DNA of 64,000 nt from Nitrosopumilaceae archaeon (GCA_965207375.1 OZ242274.1:512001-576000); one strand, 5' to 3'; shown: positions 9,230-19,138, counted from the first letter of the stretch. Program-made: numbers and translations. The notes: generated by a model not told the origin, from the sequence alone.

Positions 9230-9769
9230 ATGCGAATTTTTGTTGCAGTAGAGATTTCTGATGAAGAGATTTTACACTCTATTAAGAAATTACAAGATAG
9301 GTTGCAGATTCAAGCAAAGGCAGTGGAATTGAAAAATATGCACTTTACGCTACAGTTCATAGGAGAGGTTGATGCCGGAGACTGCGAAAAAATAAAAAAA
9401 GAATTGAAGAAGGTTGTTTTTACAGCATTTGAGGTAAAAATACAAGGAGTAGGTGCGTTTCCTAAACCAAGATCTCCTAGAGTAATATGGGTAGGAACAA
9501 ACCAGTCGGGCGCAGACATGCTAAAAGAATTGACAAAAAAGATTGCAGGCGTACTAGCACCATTAGGATTCAAGCAGGACAAGGCGTTTATGCCTCATTT
9601 GACAATCTTTAGAATTAAAAGCAGGATCAGGGACATGACAGCGGAATTGAATGTATACAAGGAACAACGGTTTGGCAAAATGACTGTATCTGAGATTAAA
9701 CTAAAACACAGTAAATTAACTCCTACAGGACCTGTCTATTCAGATTTGGGGGCATATGGTGCAAATTGA
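9230..9769 (+). CDS. thpR: RNA 2',3'-cyclic phosphodiesterase (2'-5' RNA ligase family)
   Basis: MRIFVAV start; two HxT motifs (HFTL, HLTI); PRVIWVG; LTPTGPVY. Confidence 0.93.
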   Translation: MRIFVAVEISDEEILHSIKKLQDRLQIQAKAVELKNMHFTLQFIGEVDAGDCEKIKKELKKVVFTAFEVKIQGVGAFPKPRSPRVIWVGTNQSGADMLKELTKKIAGVLAPLGFKQDKAFMPHLTIFRIKSRIRDMTAELNVYKEQRFGKMTVSEIKLKHSKLTPTGPVYSDLGAYGAN

Positions 9770-11100
9770 TGAAAGTTGTTGAAAAAATAGGCAGGCAAGT
9801 TGTTCCATCAAAAAAAATGCAGACAGAACAGAAAAAAATTGCAGATTTGGTGATATTATCGGTAAAAGAGCAGGCTGCCAAATACGACAGTGTTGTAGAT
9901 GTTGAAATTGGAGGCTCTTATGCAAAGGGAACCTGGCTTGCAGGGGCAGACATTGATGTTTTTATAAAATTCAAAGATACCGTATCTGAGCAAAAATTTA
10001 GGGGATTAGGAGAGAAGATAGGATTTGATGCATTAAAAAAATACAGGCCATATGTGAGATATTCTGAACATCCATATGTAGAGGCATCGATACAAAAGAC
10101 AACGGTAAATGTTGTTCCATGTTACAATGTGAAAAAAGGCATGTGGAAGAGTTCTGCTGACCGTTCTCAATTTCATACAAAATTCATGTTAAAATCACTA
10201 GATGTAAAAAAACAAGACGAGGTAAGGATCTTAAAACAGTTCTTAAAATCAAATAAAATTTACGGCGCCGAAATTTCTAGACAGGGATTTAGTGGGTATG
10301 TTTCTGAAGTTTTAATTTGGAATCTGGAAAGTTTTGCAAAGGTTATAGAAAAATTTGCGACGATTCAGAAAGGATCCGTCATAGGCAAGGTTACTAAAAC
10401 ATTTGATACAACAATAATCATAGCTGATCCAGTAGATGGAAAACGGAATTTGGCTGCAGCCATCTCAGATGAGAACGTTACGAAAATGATACTAGCATCA
10501 AGGGCTTTTTTGAGAAAGCCCTCACCAGAATTCTTTAAAACTAGCAAATCTAAATTGTCAGAAAAGGCCCTAAAACAGGTCATTGTAATAGAATTCAAGT
10601 ACGCCAAACGAAGTCCAGATATCATTTGGGGTCAAATCAAAAAGGCATCTGTCTCGTTGAGAACACAATTAAATGTGTCAGGATTCAATGTGGTACGAAA
10701 TTCAGCAGCATCTGACGGCAAAAATCTCGCAATACTGGCGTTTTTGTTTGAATCACATACAATTCCACAAAAGCAGATCAAGAAAGGCCCTGAAATTTTC
10801 AAAGAAAAGGCAGTAGCAGACTTTATTAATAAAAATTTGAAGTGTTCAGATTTTATGTGGATAGACAAGACGCAAAGGGTGATTTCGATGGAATCAAGGA
10901 GGTTTGCAAGTGCTGAAAAATTCCTAGAAGAGCTGCTCACATGTGGATTGAGTCGCTCCGGAATACCAAAAGGACTCAGAAATGATGTAAAAAATGGATT
11001 TACAATATCGTCTGGGGGCAAAAAATTACGAAGATCAATTAAAGAAGAGTTGTTGGAAATTATATCAATTGATGAAAAAATCTTTTCTGCCTACAAGTGA
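9766..11100 (+). CDS. cca: CCA-adding enzyme (class I tRNA nucleotidyltransferase)
   Basis: GSYAKGTWL..DIDVF, EHPYV, SADRSQFHT and GFSGYVSE motifs. Confidence 0.95.
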   Translation: MMKVVEKIGRQVVPSKKMQTEQKKIADLVILSVKEQAAKYDSVVDVEIGGSYAKGTWLAGADIDVFIKFKDTVSEQKFRGLGEKIGFDALKKYRPYVRYSEHPYVEASIQKTTVNVVPCYNVKKGMWKSSADRSQFHTKFMLKSLDVKKQDEVRILKQFLKSNKIYGAEISRQGFSGYVSEVLIWNLESFAKVIEKFATIQKGSVIGKVTKTFDTTIIIADPVDGKRNLAAAISDENVTKMILASRAFLRKPSPEFFKTSKSKLSEKALKQVIVIEFKYAKRSPDIIWGQIKKASVSLRTQLNVSGFNVVRNSAASDGKNLAILAFLFESHTIPQKQIKKGPEIFKEKAVADFINKNLKCSDFMWIDKTQRVISMESRRFASAEKFLEELLTCGLSRSGIPKGLRNDVKNGFTISSGGKKLRRSIKEELLEIISIDEKIFSAYK

Positions 11101-11824
11101 GTTTGTTAGAGAGCCATACTGTAACATTCTTGGATATCCAAGATTTACAAAAAGGCAGATAAAATCAAGGATTAAAGAGTTAGAGTCGTTAGGAGTTGTA
11201 AAGGTTGCCTTTTGGGGACAGGTCAAGGTCGGTAGTTTAGATGTTTTGGGAAAGGGATATGTTGGTATCGTGGTGTTGGGCAGGTACAAAAACAAAACGG
11301 TTGCAATAAAAATAAGAAGAACTGATTCGCAGCGATCCGAACTCAAATCAGAGGCAAAATTATTACAACTAGTAAATAAAATCAAAGTGGGTCCAAAGTT
11401 TGTTGCAGCAAACAAAAATTTTCTTGTAATGGAATATTTGAATGGTCAAAGAATTGGACACTGGGTTAAAGAAAAGAGATCCATCAAAGAGCTAAAGAAG
11501 GTGTTGAGAAAAATTTTGGGGGATTGCCGTAAATTAGATGCTGCAGGAATTGACCATGGAGAGCTAAGTAACATCTCAAAGCACGTCATCATAGGAAAAA
11601 AAATTACAATGATTGATTATGAAAGCTCTAGTACAAAACGAAGGACCTCTAATGTTACATCTGCAGCTCAGAGTATATTCATAGGATCTGGCATTGCAAA
11701 AAAAATATCAAACTCATACAGAGTCAATACAAAACAAAATATAATTTCTGGTCTGAGAAAATACAAAAAAGATAGAACAGATAAAAGTTTTGAGGATTTG
11801 TTAAAGGTTTTGAAATTATGGTGA
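11072..11824 (+). CDS. Atypical (RIO/Bud32-like) Ser/Thr protein kinase
   Basis: LGKGYVGIVV, VAIKIRR, HGELS and IDYE motifs. Confidence 0.85.
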   Translation: MKKSFLPTSEFVREPYCNILGYPRFTKRQIKSRIKELESLGVVKVAFWGQVKVGSLDVLGKGYVGIVVLGRYKNKTVAIKIRRTDSQRSELKSEAKLLQLVNKIKVGPKFVAANKNFLVMEYLNGQRIGHWVKEKRSIKELKKVLRKILGDCRKLDAAGIDHGELSNISKHVIIGKKITMIDYESSSTKRRTSNVTSAAQSIFIGSGIAKKISNSYRVNTKQNIISGLRKYKKDRTDKSFEDLLKVLKLW

Positions 11825-11901
11825 TTTTGTGTACAGATTTACACTAGGCAAAAAAAGAGTAAAATCTAGACGTTAACTGCTTTTTTAAACGGCTTGATCT
11901 C

Positions 11902-12369
11902 TTAGTGCTGGCTTGTGGTTTTTTGCACCCGGTGTGAGTGTGGGAGGTCAAGTCTATTGATCAATGCCCATACCGAACTTACATTGTAATCTGTCTTGAA
12001 TATTTTTTTGATGTGTCTTTGTATTATGGGTGATGTCCACAAATTAGTATCATAACCACATTTTTGTGGTCCTTTTTTCAAATCACGTATTAGCTTGTTT
12101 ATCTGCTTCTTGTCCAGCTTACACTGTGCACCAGGTTGCTTCTTATCGTATCTAGCATCAATGCCTTCCTTGTTGATTCTGTCTATCCAATTTTGAACCG
12201 TGGTGTACGGTATCTTTATGGAATTTGAAATTTCCCACAATGTTTTGCCCTCCTTTTTTAACATGTATGCAGTAATTCTCTGTACAACCTTTGGATTTTT
12301 TTCTTCTTTTTTGAGTTTGTACAATTTCTTCATGTTTGTATCTGGTAGGAATTTATCCATTGTAACCAT
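11902..12369 (-). pseudogene. IS630-family transposase, N-terminal HTH part only
   Basis: YTTVQNWIDR..EG..ARYDKKQPG..KLD..Q, GPQKCGYDTNLWT; no DDE domain follows. Confidence 0.85.
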
Positions 12370-12455
12370 CTTGGAACAAGATCGACATATAGATCTTTTA
12401 GTTGACTTTAATTGACAAATTTGCTATCGATTATTAGTTAGATCTGCTATAGCCG

Positions 12456-12540
12456 CATTTTTGTGGTCCTTTTTTCAAATCTTGTACAAGTCGGTTTATC
12501 TGCTTCTTGTCCAGCTTACACTGTGCACCAGGTTGCTTTT
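12456..12540 (-). repeat. Duplicated internal fragment of the IS630 remnant
   Basis: CATTTTTGTGGTCCTTTTTTCAAATC and GTTTATCTGCTTCTTGTCCAGCTTACACTGTGCACCAGGTTGCTT repeat 12059-12141. Confidence 0.85.
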
Positions 12541-12638
12541 TATTGTTTGATTTGTGCTGTAGCAACTAATTATACAGTAAGATGTGACAAGGTACAGAAC
12601 AGACATTTGTCAAGGTGTGTTCATCATAGTTTCAGAAA

Positions 12639-13181
12639 CTAAAATCCTAGTATTTCAAAGCCTGGTTCTTGGGCCATCTCTATTAGATAAAATTCCAAAT
12701 ATCCCCCTGCTAACAACAAACCAATCACTATGCCGATTTCTATTGCAGTTATCTTCAGATGTGATACAATTGGAAGTTTTTTGAGAATTGTTCTGATCAG
12801 AATGTAGCTTCGTGAAGTTGCCAAAGAATATGCAGTTAGTTCCATAATTCCAAACGGAGTCAGGTACAATATTGCAAGTGCGGGAATATTTTGAAGTTCA
12901 GGGTTGAGGGTGGTAATTGCAGAAAACGCCATTCCCGTAGAAAATGCAGAAAATAGACCCCATGCTGCCCCAAATCCTGGAATAAACATTGGAATAGCAA
13001 GCATGGTATTATGAGAGAATATGCCAAAGCCGTCAATGTCGTCGATTAGACTTTTAAATTCTTCCATGAAGAGTTCTGCATCCTCTTTGGATACCTCGAT
13101 GAGGGCACCTATTGAATATGCAAGAGAGAATATGCCCATAAAGACAAAAAACAATACCAGTCTGATTTTCATGTTTATCAC
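12639..13181 (-). CDS. SpoIIM-like (DUF95) membrane protein
   Basis: Multiple TM helices; IFSHN..LA.MFIPGFG and PFGIMELTAYSLA motifs. Confidence 0.8.
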   Translation of the reverse strand: MINMKIRLVLFFVFMGIFSLAYSIGALIEVSKEDAELFMEEFKSLIDDIDGFGIFSHNTMLAIPMFIPGFGAAWGLFSAFSTGMAFSAITTLNPELQNIPALAILYLTPFGIMELTAYSLATSRSYILIRTILKKLPIVSHLKITAIEIGIVIGLLLAGGYLEFYLIEMAQEPGFEILGF

Positions 13182-13205
13182 ATGTATGAAAGGGTCGTTT
13201 AAATT

Positions 13206-13302
13206 CAGCTAAGCGAACCGCGGATAAAATAGGCCAAAATCTACCCCAAAATGGAGAACACCAGGGGTAGGTTAAGAATTTGAGTCACATTTCGCTTTGC
13301 AG
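13206..13302. mobile_element. 97-bp MITE derived from the ISH3-family element at 42147-43395
   Basis: Ends CAGCTAAGCGAA / CACATTTCGCTTTGCAG; subterminal AAAATAGGCCAAAATCTACCCCAAAA matches the IS; flanked by AAATT direct repeat. Confidence 0.85.
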
Positions 13303-13340
13303 AAATTGTGAGCAGGTTTAATTAAAACGCACAATACTTT

Positions 13341-14768
13341 GTGCTATTGAATAAACAAGTCTCTTTTGCTTTAAAATATGCCCTCAACAAAGGGTTTCAG
13401 ATACATCCAGACGCCTTTGAAATACTGGAAAAATTAGACGTAGAAAAATTAGAAAAAATTATCAAGGATTTAGTAAGAGAGAAATCCAAACAACGACTAT
13501 ACCATATCAGTCAGGATGATTTAGAAGAGTTTTTAGGAATTAAAGATGACGGCAGCATACAAAATAACCATGAAATACTGCAAGATCCAACAGAAAAAAT
13601 AACGTCTGCAGAGGGCATAAATGGATACAACGCCCTGTTTGCCAGCAGATTCTCAAAACTAAAACGGATTATTTTGGACAGACCCGAATCCAAAATGCTC
13701 AAGCCAATATCAGCAGTCATGACAGCAAAATCAAAGGAGGACATCTGCATCTGCGGTTTGATCACAGAACGAAACTCTGACAATAACGTCGTAAGATTGA
13801 CTGTGGAGGATCCCAGCTCCTCAATGGAAGTTGTTGTCTTTGATGAGGGATTAAGAGAAGAGGCAGAAGGGCTACTGCTTGATCAGTTTGTGATGATCAA
13901 AATAGTTCAAAGTAAAAATGGGGGGCATATTGCAAGGGACATAATATTACCTGATGTGCCTGATAGAGTTGCAAACCATTCTGAGACAGATGCACATGCC
14001 GTATTTTTGTCAGATTTACACGTAGGTAGTAAATATTTTATGGAAAAAGAGTTTGAGGCATTTACAGAATGGCTTGATTCTCCAGATCCAATTGCCAAAA
14101 AAATCAAATTTGTGTTGATAGCAGGAGACGTAGTAGACGGGGTAGGAATTTATCCAAACCAAGACAAAGAATTGGATTTTCTCACAATAGATGAACAGTT
14201 GGTAAAACTAGACGAGATGCTATCCAAAATTCCATCACACATCAAAATCTTCATGATTACAGGAAACCATGATCCTGGGAGACGTGCATTGCCACAGCCT
14301 GCGGTTCCGGCAAAATACAACCAGAATTTATGGAATAAAGAGAATTTTCATTTGATGGGAAATCCATCCATGGTGTCCCTAAACGGAGTCAAGGTGCTTA
14401 TGTTTCACGGTCAAAGCATTGACGATATGGTAAAGACTACACCAGGATTAAGTTATGACAAGCCAGCAAAGGTAATGAGGTGTCTTATTAAGGCAAGGCA
14501 TATGAGTCCAATTTACGGCTTTCAGACACCCATTGCTCCTGAAACAGATGACATGATGATAATAGATGATGTCCCAGACGTATTTCATACGGGCCACGTT
14601 CATGTGATGGATTTTGACATGTATAAGGGAATATTATTGGTCAATTCTGGTGCATGGCAGGCACAAACGGCTTTTCAGGCCAGTGTAGGAATCACACCCA
14701 CGCCGGGTGTGGCCATTATTGTAAATTTGAAGACCTTCCAGGTTTACCATAAAGACTTTAAAAATTAG
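13341..14768 (+). CDS. polB: DNA polymerase D small subunit DP1 (proofreading exonuclease)
   Basis: LSDLHVGS, GDVVDGVGIYPNQ, GNHD, FHG, RHMSP and HTGHVH calcineurin-like motifs. Confidence 0.96.
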   Translation: MLLNKQVSFALKYALNKGFQIHPDAFEILEKLDVEKLEKIIKDLVREKSKQRLYHISQDDLEEFLGIKDDGSIQNNHEILQDPTEKITSAEGINGYNALFASRFSKLKRIILDRPESKMLKPISAVMTAKSKEDICICGLITERNSDNNVVRLTVEDPSSSMEVVVFDEGLREEAEGLLLDQFVMIKIVQSKNGGHIARDIILPDVPDRVANHSETDAHAVFLSDLHVGSKYFMEKEFEAFTEWLDSPDPIAKKIKFVLIAGDVVDGVGIYPNQDKELDFLTIDEQLVKLDEMLSKIPSHIKIFMITGNHDPGRRALPQPAVPAKYNQNLWNKENFHLMGNPSMVSLNGVKVLMFHGQSIDDMVKTTPGLSYDKPAKVMRCLIKARHMSPIYGFQTPIAPETDDMMIIDDVPDVFHTGHVHVMDFDMYKGILLVNSGAWQAQTAFQASVGITPTPGVAIIVNLKTFQVYHKDFKN

Positions 14769-15976
14769 AGAATGTCTTCCAAGGACAGATCGTCTTTGAG
14801 TGTATCTTTTACCATTTCTGACGAAATTGTAAGTTTGTATTTTTTGGTCCTGCCGTGAATGCCTTGGTGAATTAGTCGTCCAGTGATAATTCCAGACAGC
14901 TCAATTTCGCTTAATATCTGGGTAACTCGCCTCTGTGTAAGTTCCTTTTGTCTAATTAGTTTGCATAGTGATTTGTAGGCTGAATAAATTTCTCCGGTTG
15001 AAGAGCCTGCTGCCCTCATAACTGCAATAATGAGTATTTTTTCATGAAGTGGGTATGATTTTAGAGCTGCAGTCTCTTTGTTTTCCTCTATTTTTTTAGC
15101 AGCCTCCCTTATGTGCGTCTCATTGATTGTTTCAGATTGTTGTCTTTCGGCCATCTCTGCTGCTACTCTAAGAAGATCTATTGCCCGTCTAGCATCGCCG
15201 TGTTCGCCTCCGGCCAAGGCAGCACAAAGATTCAAAGCCGAATCCTGCACCACCTGTTTTTCAAATGCATTTTGAATTCTATCTTCTAATATTTTTCTGA
15301 GTTGATCAACTGAATAATTTGTAAACACAATCTCTTCTTCTCCTAGACTGCTAATAACGCGTGGATCTAGGCGGTCTTTGAAGGTTAAATCGTTTGAAAT
15401 ACCCACAATTGTGAGTGAGCCTGCATCAAGCCGTTCGTTTGCTCTAGTTATTTGGTATAAAATGTCTTTACCCGTCTTTGATACTAGATGAGCTAGATAG
15501 TCAATCTCATCTATTACAAAAATTGCATTTGTTTTGTTTTTTATGATATTTGATAAAAGGCGTTTGAATACTTCACTAGTTGCAAGTCCTGTGGGGGGAA
15601 GATCCTTATCAGATAATCCTAATTGCCTGCCCAAGCTTACAAGCAGGCCATAAAGAGTGGTTTCCACCTTTGAATTTGTATAAACTAATCGTATTGGAAA
15701 TTCGGATTTTTCAACCCTTGTTTGAATTTTTGAGAGTACCTTTCTTACCACAAGAGTCTTACCAGTTCCAGGCTTGCCATAAACTAAAAGGTTTGACGGT
15801 CTGGATTGTTTGAGAATCGGTAATAGTGATTGAGTTACCTGTTTTTGTTCTGAATCTCTATGAAGTATATTCTCAGGGATGTAAGTAAAGTGTAAAATCT
15901 CTCTATTTTTAATTAGAGATTTACCATTCTCTGCAACATCAAGTAACTCATCAATTGGATCTGTTGTCACACTCAC
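14765..15976 (-). CDS. cdc6: Orc1/Cdc6 replication initiator
   Basis: YIPENILHRD, GKPGTGKT, IDEID, LDPRVISSL and GDARRAIDLLR motifs; C-terminal wHTH. Confidence 0.97.
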   Translation of the reverse strand: MSVTTDPIDELLDVAENGKSLIKNREILHFTYIPENILHRDSEQKQVTQSLLPILKQSRPSNLLVYGKPGTGKTLVVRKVLSKIQTRVEKSEFPIRLVYTNSKVETTLYGLLVSLGRQLGLSDKDLPPTGLATSEVFKRLLSNIIKNKTNAIFVIDEIDYLAHLVSKTGKDILYQITRANERLDAGSLTIVGISNDLTFKDRLDPRVISSLGEEEIVFTNYSVDQLRKILEDRIQNAFEKQVVQDSALNLCAALAGGEHGDARRAIDLLRVAAEMAERQQSETINETHIREAAKKIEENKETAALKSYPLHEKILIIAVMRAAGSSTGEIYSAYKSLCKLIRQKELTQRRVTQILSEIELSGIITGRLIHQGIHGRTKKYKLTISSEMVKDTLKDDLSLEDIL

Positions 15977-16431
15977 ACACCTTCATTTCCACTAGTCATC
16001 ATAATCATATCTCTAGTAAGATTATAGAATCAAATAGTAGTTTGAATTTAGTATGTAATTAATTATTTTTAATATATTTTCAAAAAAAAAATTGAAAGAA
16101 AGTAGAGTGGAAATACTGGTGTGTGGGTCTTGATGAAGTTAACAAAAAGTTAATGAAATGTTAAGAATTTAATAAAAAAACCCATTTTGACCCCTTTATT
16201 TCCACTCCAGGCGTTAAGAAGGGTCTTAACATTGTTAATATGCTGTTTTGACCCCTTTATTTCCACTCCAGGCGTGAAATTACCTTATTTTAGGTTAAAT
16301 TTTACTATGAATTTGTTAATAATAGAAAACCCATCAGGCGTGAGCCAGGCAGTCAACATTAACAAACCACTTTATTAACAAAATTTCGCGGATCCATTCA
16401 TGAGTTAATAATAGATCCTAATTGATCACGT
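15977..16431. other. Chromosomal replication origin (oriC) with ORB elements
   Basis: Perfect 30-bp direct repeat TTTTGACCCCTTTATTTCCACTCCAGGCGT (16185-16214, 16246-16275), whose reverse strand reads GGAGTGGAAATAAAGGGG (ORB-like); opposite-facing ORB near 16103-16129; mini-ORB near 15980-15995; AT-rich tracts; adjacent to cdc6. Confidence 0.9.
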
Positions 16432-16815
16432 ATGGCAAAAAAGAGAATACGCATAGATATGGAGGACTCAGACGGCGCCAAATATGACATTAAATTAGAA
16501 GGTAATGTTACAAGGGAGAAAATTCTCAAAATATTTGAGATGATGGATTTGATGAATATTGAGGAGGAACCCCAGATGCAACATTTGGACTCTGTTGGAG
16601 GCAAAATTTGGAATTTAATAGACAAGCACTATCCTATGGGAAAATTCACTTCTACTGATCTGTTAGAAAAATATGAGGATGAATATAATGAACCAATAAA
16701 ACTTAGTATAATTTCGACATATCTCTCTAGATTTACTAGTAAAGGTAGGGTAAATCGTGCCAAATCAGGCCGAGAATGGAGTTATCAAACAGTAAAAATA
16801 ACCCAAAAACATTAG
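16432..16815 (+). CDS. Origin-adjacent winged-helix protein
   Basis: FTSTDLLEKYEDEYNEPIKLSIISTYLSRF..KGRVNRAKSGREWSY fits wHTH recognition helix and wing. Confidence 0.75.
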   Translation: MAKKRIRIDMEDSDGAKYDIKLEGNVTREKILKIFEMMDLMNIEEEPQMQHLDSVGGKIWNLIDKHYPMGKFTSTDLLEKYEDEYNEPIKLSIISTYLSRFTSKGRVNRAKSGREWSYQTVKITQKH

Positions 16816-16973
16816 GTTATCATTACTTTTCTAACAACCAACCCATCTTTTCCCATGATGACTTTGACATAATCTCCTTTTTGCATGTCCATATATTTAC
16901 GAAACTGCTTTGGTAGTGATATGGTACCTGCGGACGAAATTTTTACGAGTATTTCATTCTCATCTGCAGACAT
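16812..16973 (-). CDS. AbrB/MazE/SpoVT-family DNA-binding protein
   Basis: VKISSAGTISLPKQFRKYMDMQKGDYV swapped-hairpin motif; start at MSADENE. Confidence 0.88.
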   Translation of the reverse strand: MSADENEILVKISSAGTISLPKQFRKYMDMQKGDYVKVIMGKDGLVVRKVMIT

Positions 16974-17250
16974 ATTAATTATTAAATTATAAATATTATA
17001 AATATTACTTTTTTTATAATTTATAAAATTTAAAAAATATATTAAATTATTTGACAAAATCACCTATATTCTGGCACATGAAAAGTACGAGTCAGCAGGT
17101 CTAGGCATGGTTCGTGAACTGCGATTATTTATATCAAAACCAGAAGGTGTCAAATGATGCCCACAAAATATAAAAAATATATCTGATGTAGACAAACACT
17201 TGGCATCTATTTCATTCAACCATCAATCATACAAGCGCTAAAAAATGAGA

Positions 17251-17829
17251 TTATGCAGTAGATGTAAGCTGATCGACTACACCGATTTTTTCCTTTCCCT
17301 TTTTGGTGATTGAATACGTATATGGCTTTACATCCTCATTTCTCAAAACTAACCCATCTTCAAATAATTTCTTCATCAATCTTGAGGTGTGCTCCCTACT
17401 TCTCCCAAGTGTGATTTGGATATCACGTGACGTCATAGTTTTATCTGTGATAAGATGCAACACATATTCTACAGCATTATTTGTGCTCATATTGGGCAAT
17501 CTTTGTGCCTGTGTGGTCTCTACCACCTTTACCTTCCTTACATCCTCAATAATGTTTGGCTCTTGGGTCGCAGCAGGCTTTGCAACTGTCTTTGCAGGCA
17601 CTGCCTCTGGCACAGTTGGTCCTACATCCAATGCATCTAGGCGTATTTTCATGTCGATTAATTGACGCTCATAGTACTCTAAACGCTCCAAGTGATCCGG
17701 TTCTATCTCTGTTTTCTTTAAATTCACATAGGGCCTAATTTTGTAATATGCATAAAAAACAAACAATCCCACTAGAAATGCTACTAGTATGCCAAATATC
17801 ACTTCCAAATCGGGAATTTCTACTAACAT
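17251..17829 (-). CDS. Membrane-anchored winged-helix (MarR-like) DNA-binding protein
   Basis: N-terminal TM helix, short coiled coil, linker, then TSRDIQITLGRSREHTSRLMKKLFEDGLV..YTYSITKKG. Confidence 0.85.
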   Translation of the reverse strand: MLVEIPDLEVIFGILVAFLVGLFVFYAYYKIRPYVNLKKTEIEPDHLERLEYYERQLIDMKIRLDALDVGPTVPEAVPAKTVAKPAATQEPNIIEDVRKVKVVETTQAQRLPNMSTNNAVEYVLHLITDKTMTSRDIQITLGRSREHTSRLMKKLFEDGLVLRNEDVKPYTYSITKKGKEKIGVVDQLTSTA

Positions 17830-17955
17830 CACTAATCTGTATATTGCAACGTGATATATCATAATTGAATAAAAATAATTCACACAATAGTTAAACAAAA
17901 ACAACATTACTAATATCACAATGTTGATTGATTTTACAGAAAAATGAACCTAACA

Positions 17956-18318
17956 TTACATGTTACAGGCCTGCCTAACCACCTTATCTATCACACTAAT
18001 CACTTGATGCTCACGTTCTGGGAAAACATCACCACCTTTTATCACAGCAATCTGCTCAGAAAGCCTTGACATCACATCAATATCATCAGGCAAAAGCACG
18101 CCTAATCCCTGCAAAAGAACGATTGAATAGTACAATCCTATTAATTTCGTTCTAGATTGATTTACCTGCCTATAATAGGCACCTCTTGTTATAGAAAACT
18201 CAGACTCGGTAAGGTTCTTTTGTTTTAAAATAATTTCAATTTGTCGTTCTGTAAATAGTGATTTTTCTATCATTTCCTTTAAAATGTTGTTAAAATTGGA
18301 TGAATCAATCTTTGCCAT
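17956..18318 (-). CDS. Hypothetical protein with HTH-like N-terminus
   Basis: SLFTERQIEII...ITRGAYYRQVNQSRTKL resembles sigma-region-4/Tfx-like HTH. Confidence 0.65.
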   Translation of the reverse strand: MAKIDSSNFNNILKEMIEKSLFTERQIEIILKQKNLTESEFSITRGAYYRQVNQSRTKLIGLYYSIVLLQGLGVLLPDDIDVMSRLSEQIAVIKGGDVFPEREHQVISVIDKVVRQACNM

Positions 18319-18382
18319 AGCTATACAAAACTGTATACACCACTACAATTAAACTTTAAAGAGCTAGATTAGAACCTGATTT

Positions 18383-19138
18383 ATGACTAAACAACCCGTA
18401 GAAGATTATCTTAAATCAGAATTAAAGAAAAAAAATACCCTGTTATTTGCACTTGTTGACTCTGAGGTCTCAGATCCATCTGCTGCAACAAAACTGGCAA
18501 GGCAGGTAGAAAAGTTAGGAGCTTCAGCCATTTTGGTGGGAGGTTCTTCTGCAACTGACCAAATTGAAATGTCCAAAGTTGTAAAAGGCATCAAAAAATC
18601 TATTAAAATTCCAATAATCTTGTTCCCAGGAAATGTTACTGGAGTGGTACCTGAAGCCGATGCAATCCTGTTTAGCTCGTTGATGAATTCTGAAAACCCA
18701 TACTTTATCACTCAAGCTCAGGCGCTAGGTGCGCCAAGTGTTTTAAAATTTGGATTGGAACCATTGCCAACTGCATATCTGGTAGTTGGCCAAGGAACAT
18801 CTGCTTGGTTTGTGGGCTCTGCAAGGGGGATTCCATTTGAAAAGCCCAATATCGCCGCTGCGTATTCGCTGGCAGCCCAATTTCTAGGTATGAGATTTGT
18901 CTATTTGGAGGCAGGCTCTGGTGCCAAGACAAATGTAACTCCAGAAATGATAAAATCGGTGCGCAAGATCTTCAACGGTTTTATTATCGTAGGCGGCGGA
19001 ATCCGTGACGCTAAAACTGCAAAAACACTTGCCGCTGCAGGAGCAGATGCACTAGTAATTGGAACGTTACTGGAGAAAAATACAAGTGTTAAAAAACTGA
19101 CCGAAATAGCAAAAGCCATCCACTCCGTCAAGAAATAG
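18383..19138 (+). CDS. Geranylgeranylglyceryl phosphate synthase
   Basis: AILVGGS, IILFPG, ADAILF, YLEAGSGA and VGGGIRD motifs. Confidence 0.95.
   Translation: MTKQPVEDYLKSELKKKNTLLFALVDSEVSDPSAATKLARQVEKLGASAILVGGSSATDQIEMSKVVKGIKKSIKIPIILFPGNVTGVVPEADAILFSSLMNSENPYFITQAQALGAPSVLKFGLEPLPTAYLVVGQGTSAWFVGSARGIPFEKPNIAAAYSLAAQFLGMRFVYLEAGSGAKTNVTPEMIKSVRKIFNGFIIVGGGIRDAKTAKTLAAAGADALVIGTLLEKNTSVKKLTEIAKAIHSVKK

Noticed and set aside
16185-16275. Mini CRISPR array (30-bp repeats, 31-bp spacer)
   Set aside because: Only two units, ORB-like sequence, adjacent to cdc6, and no cas genes in the window
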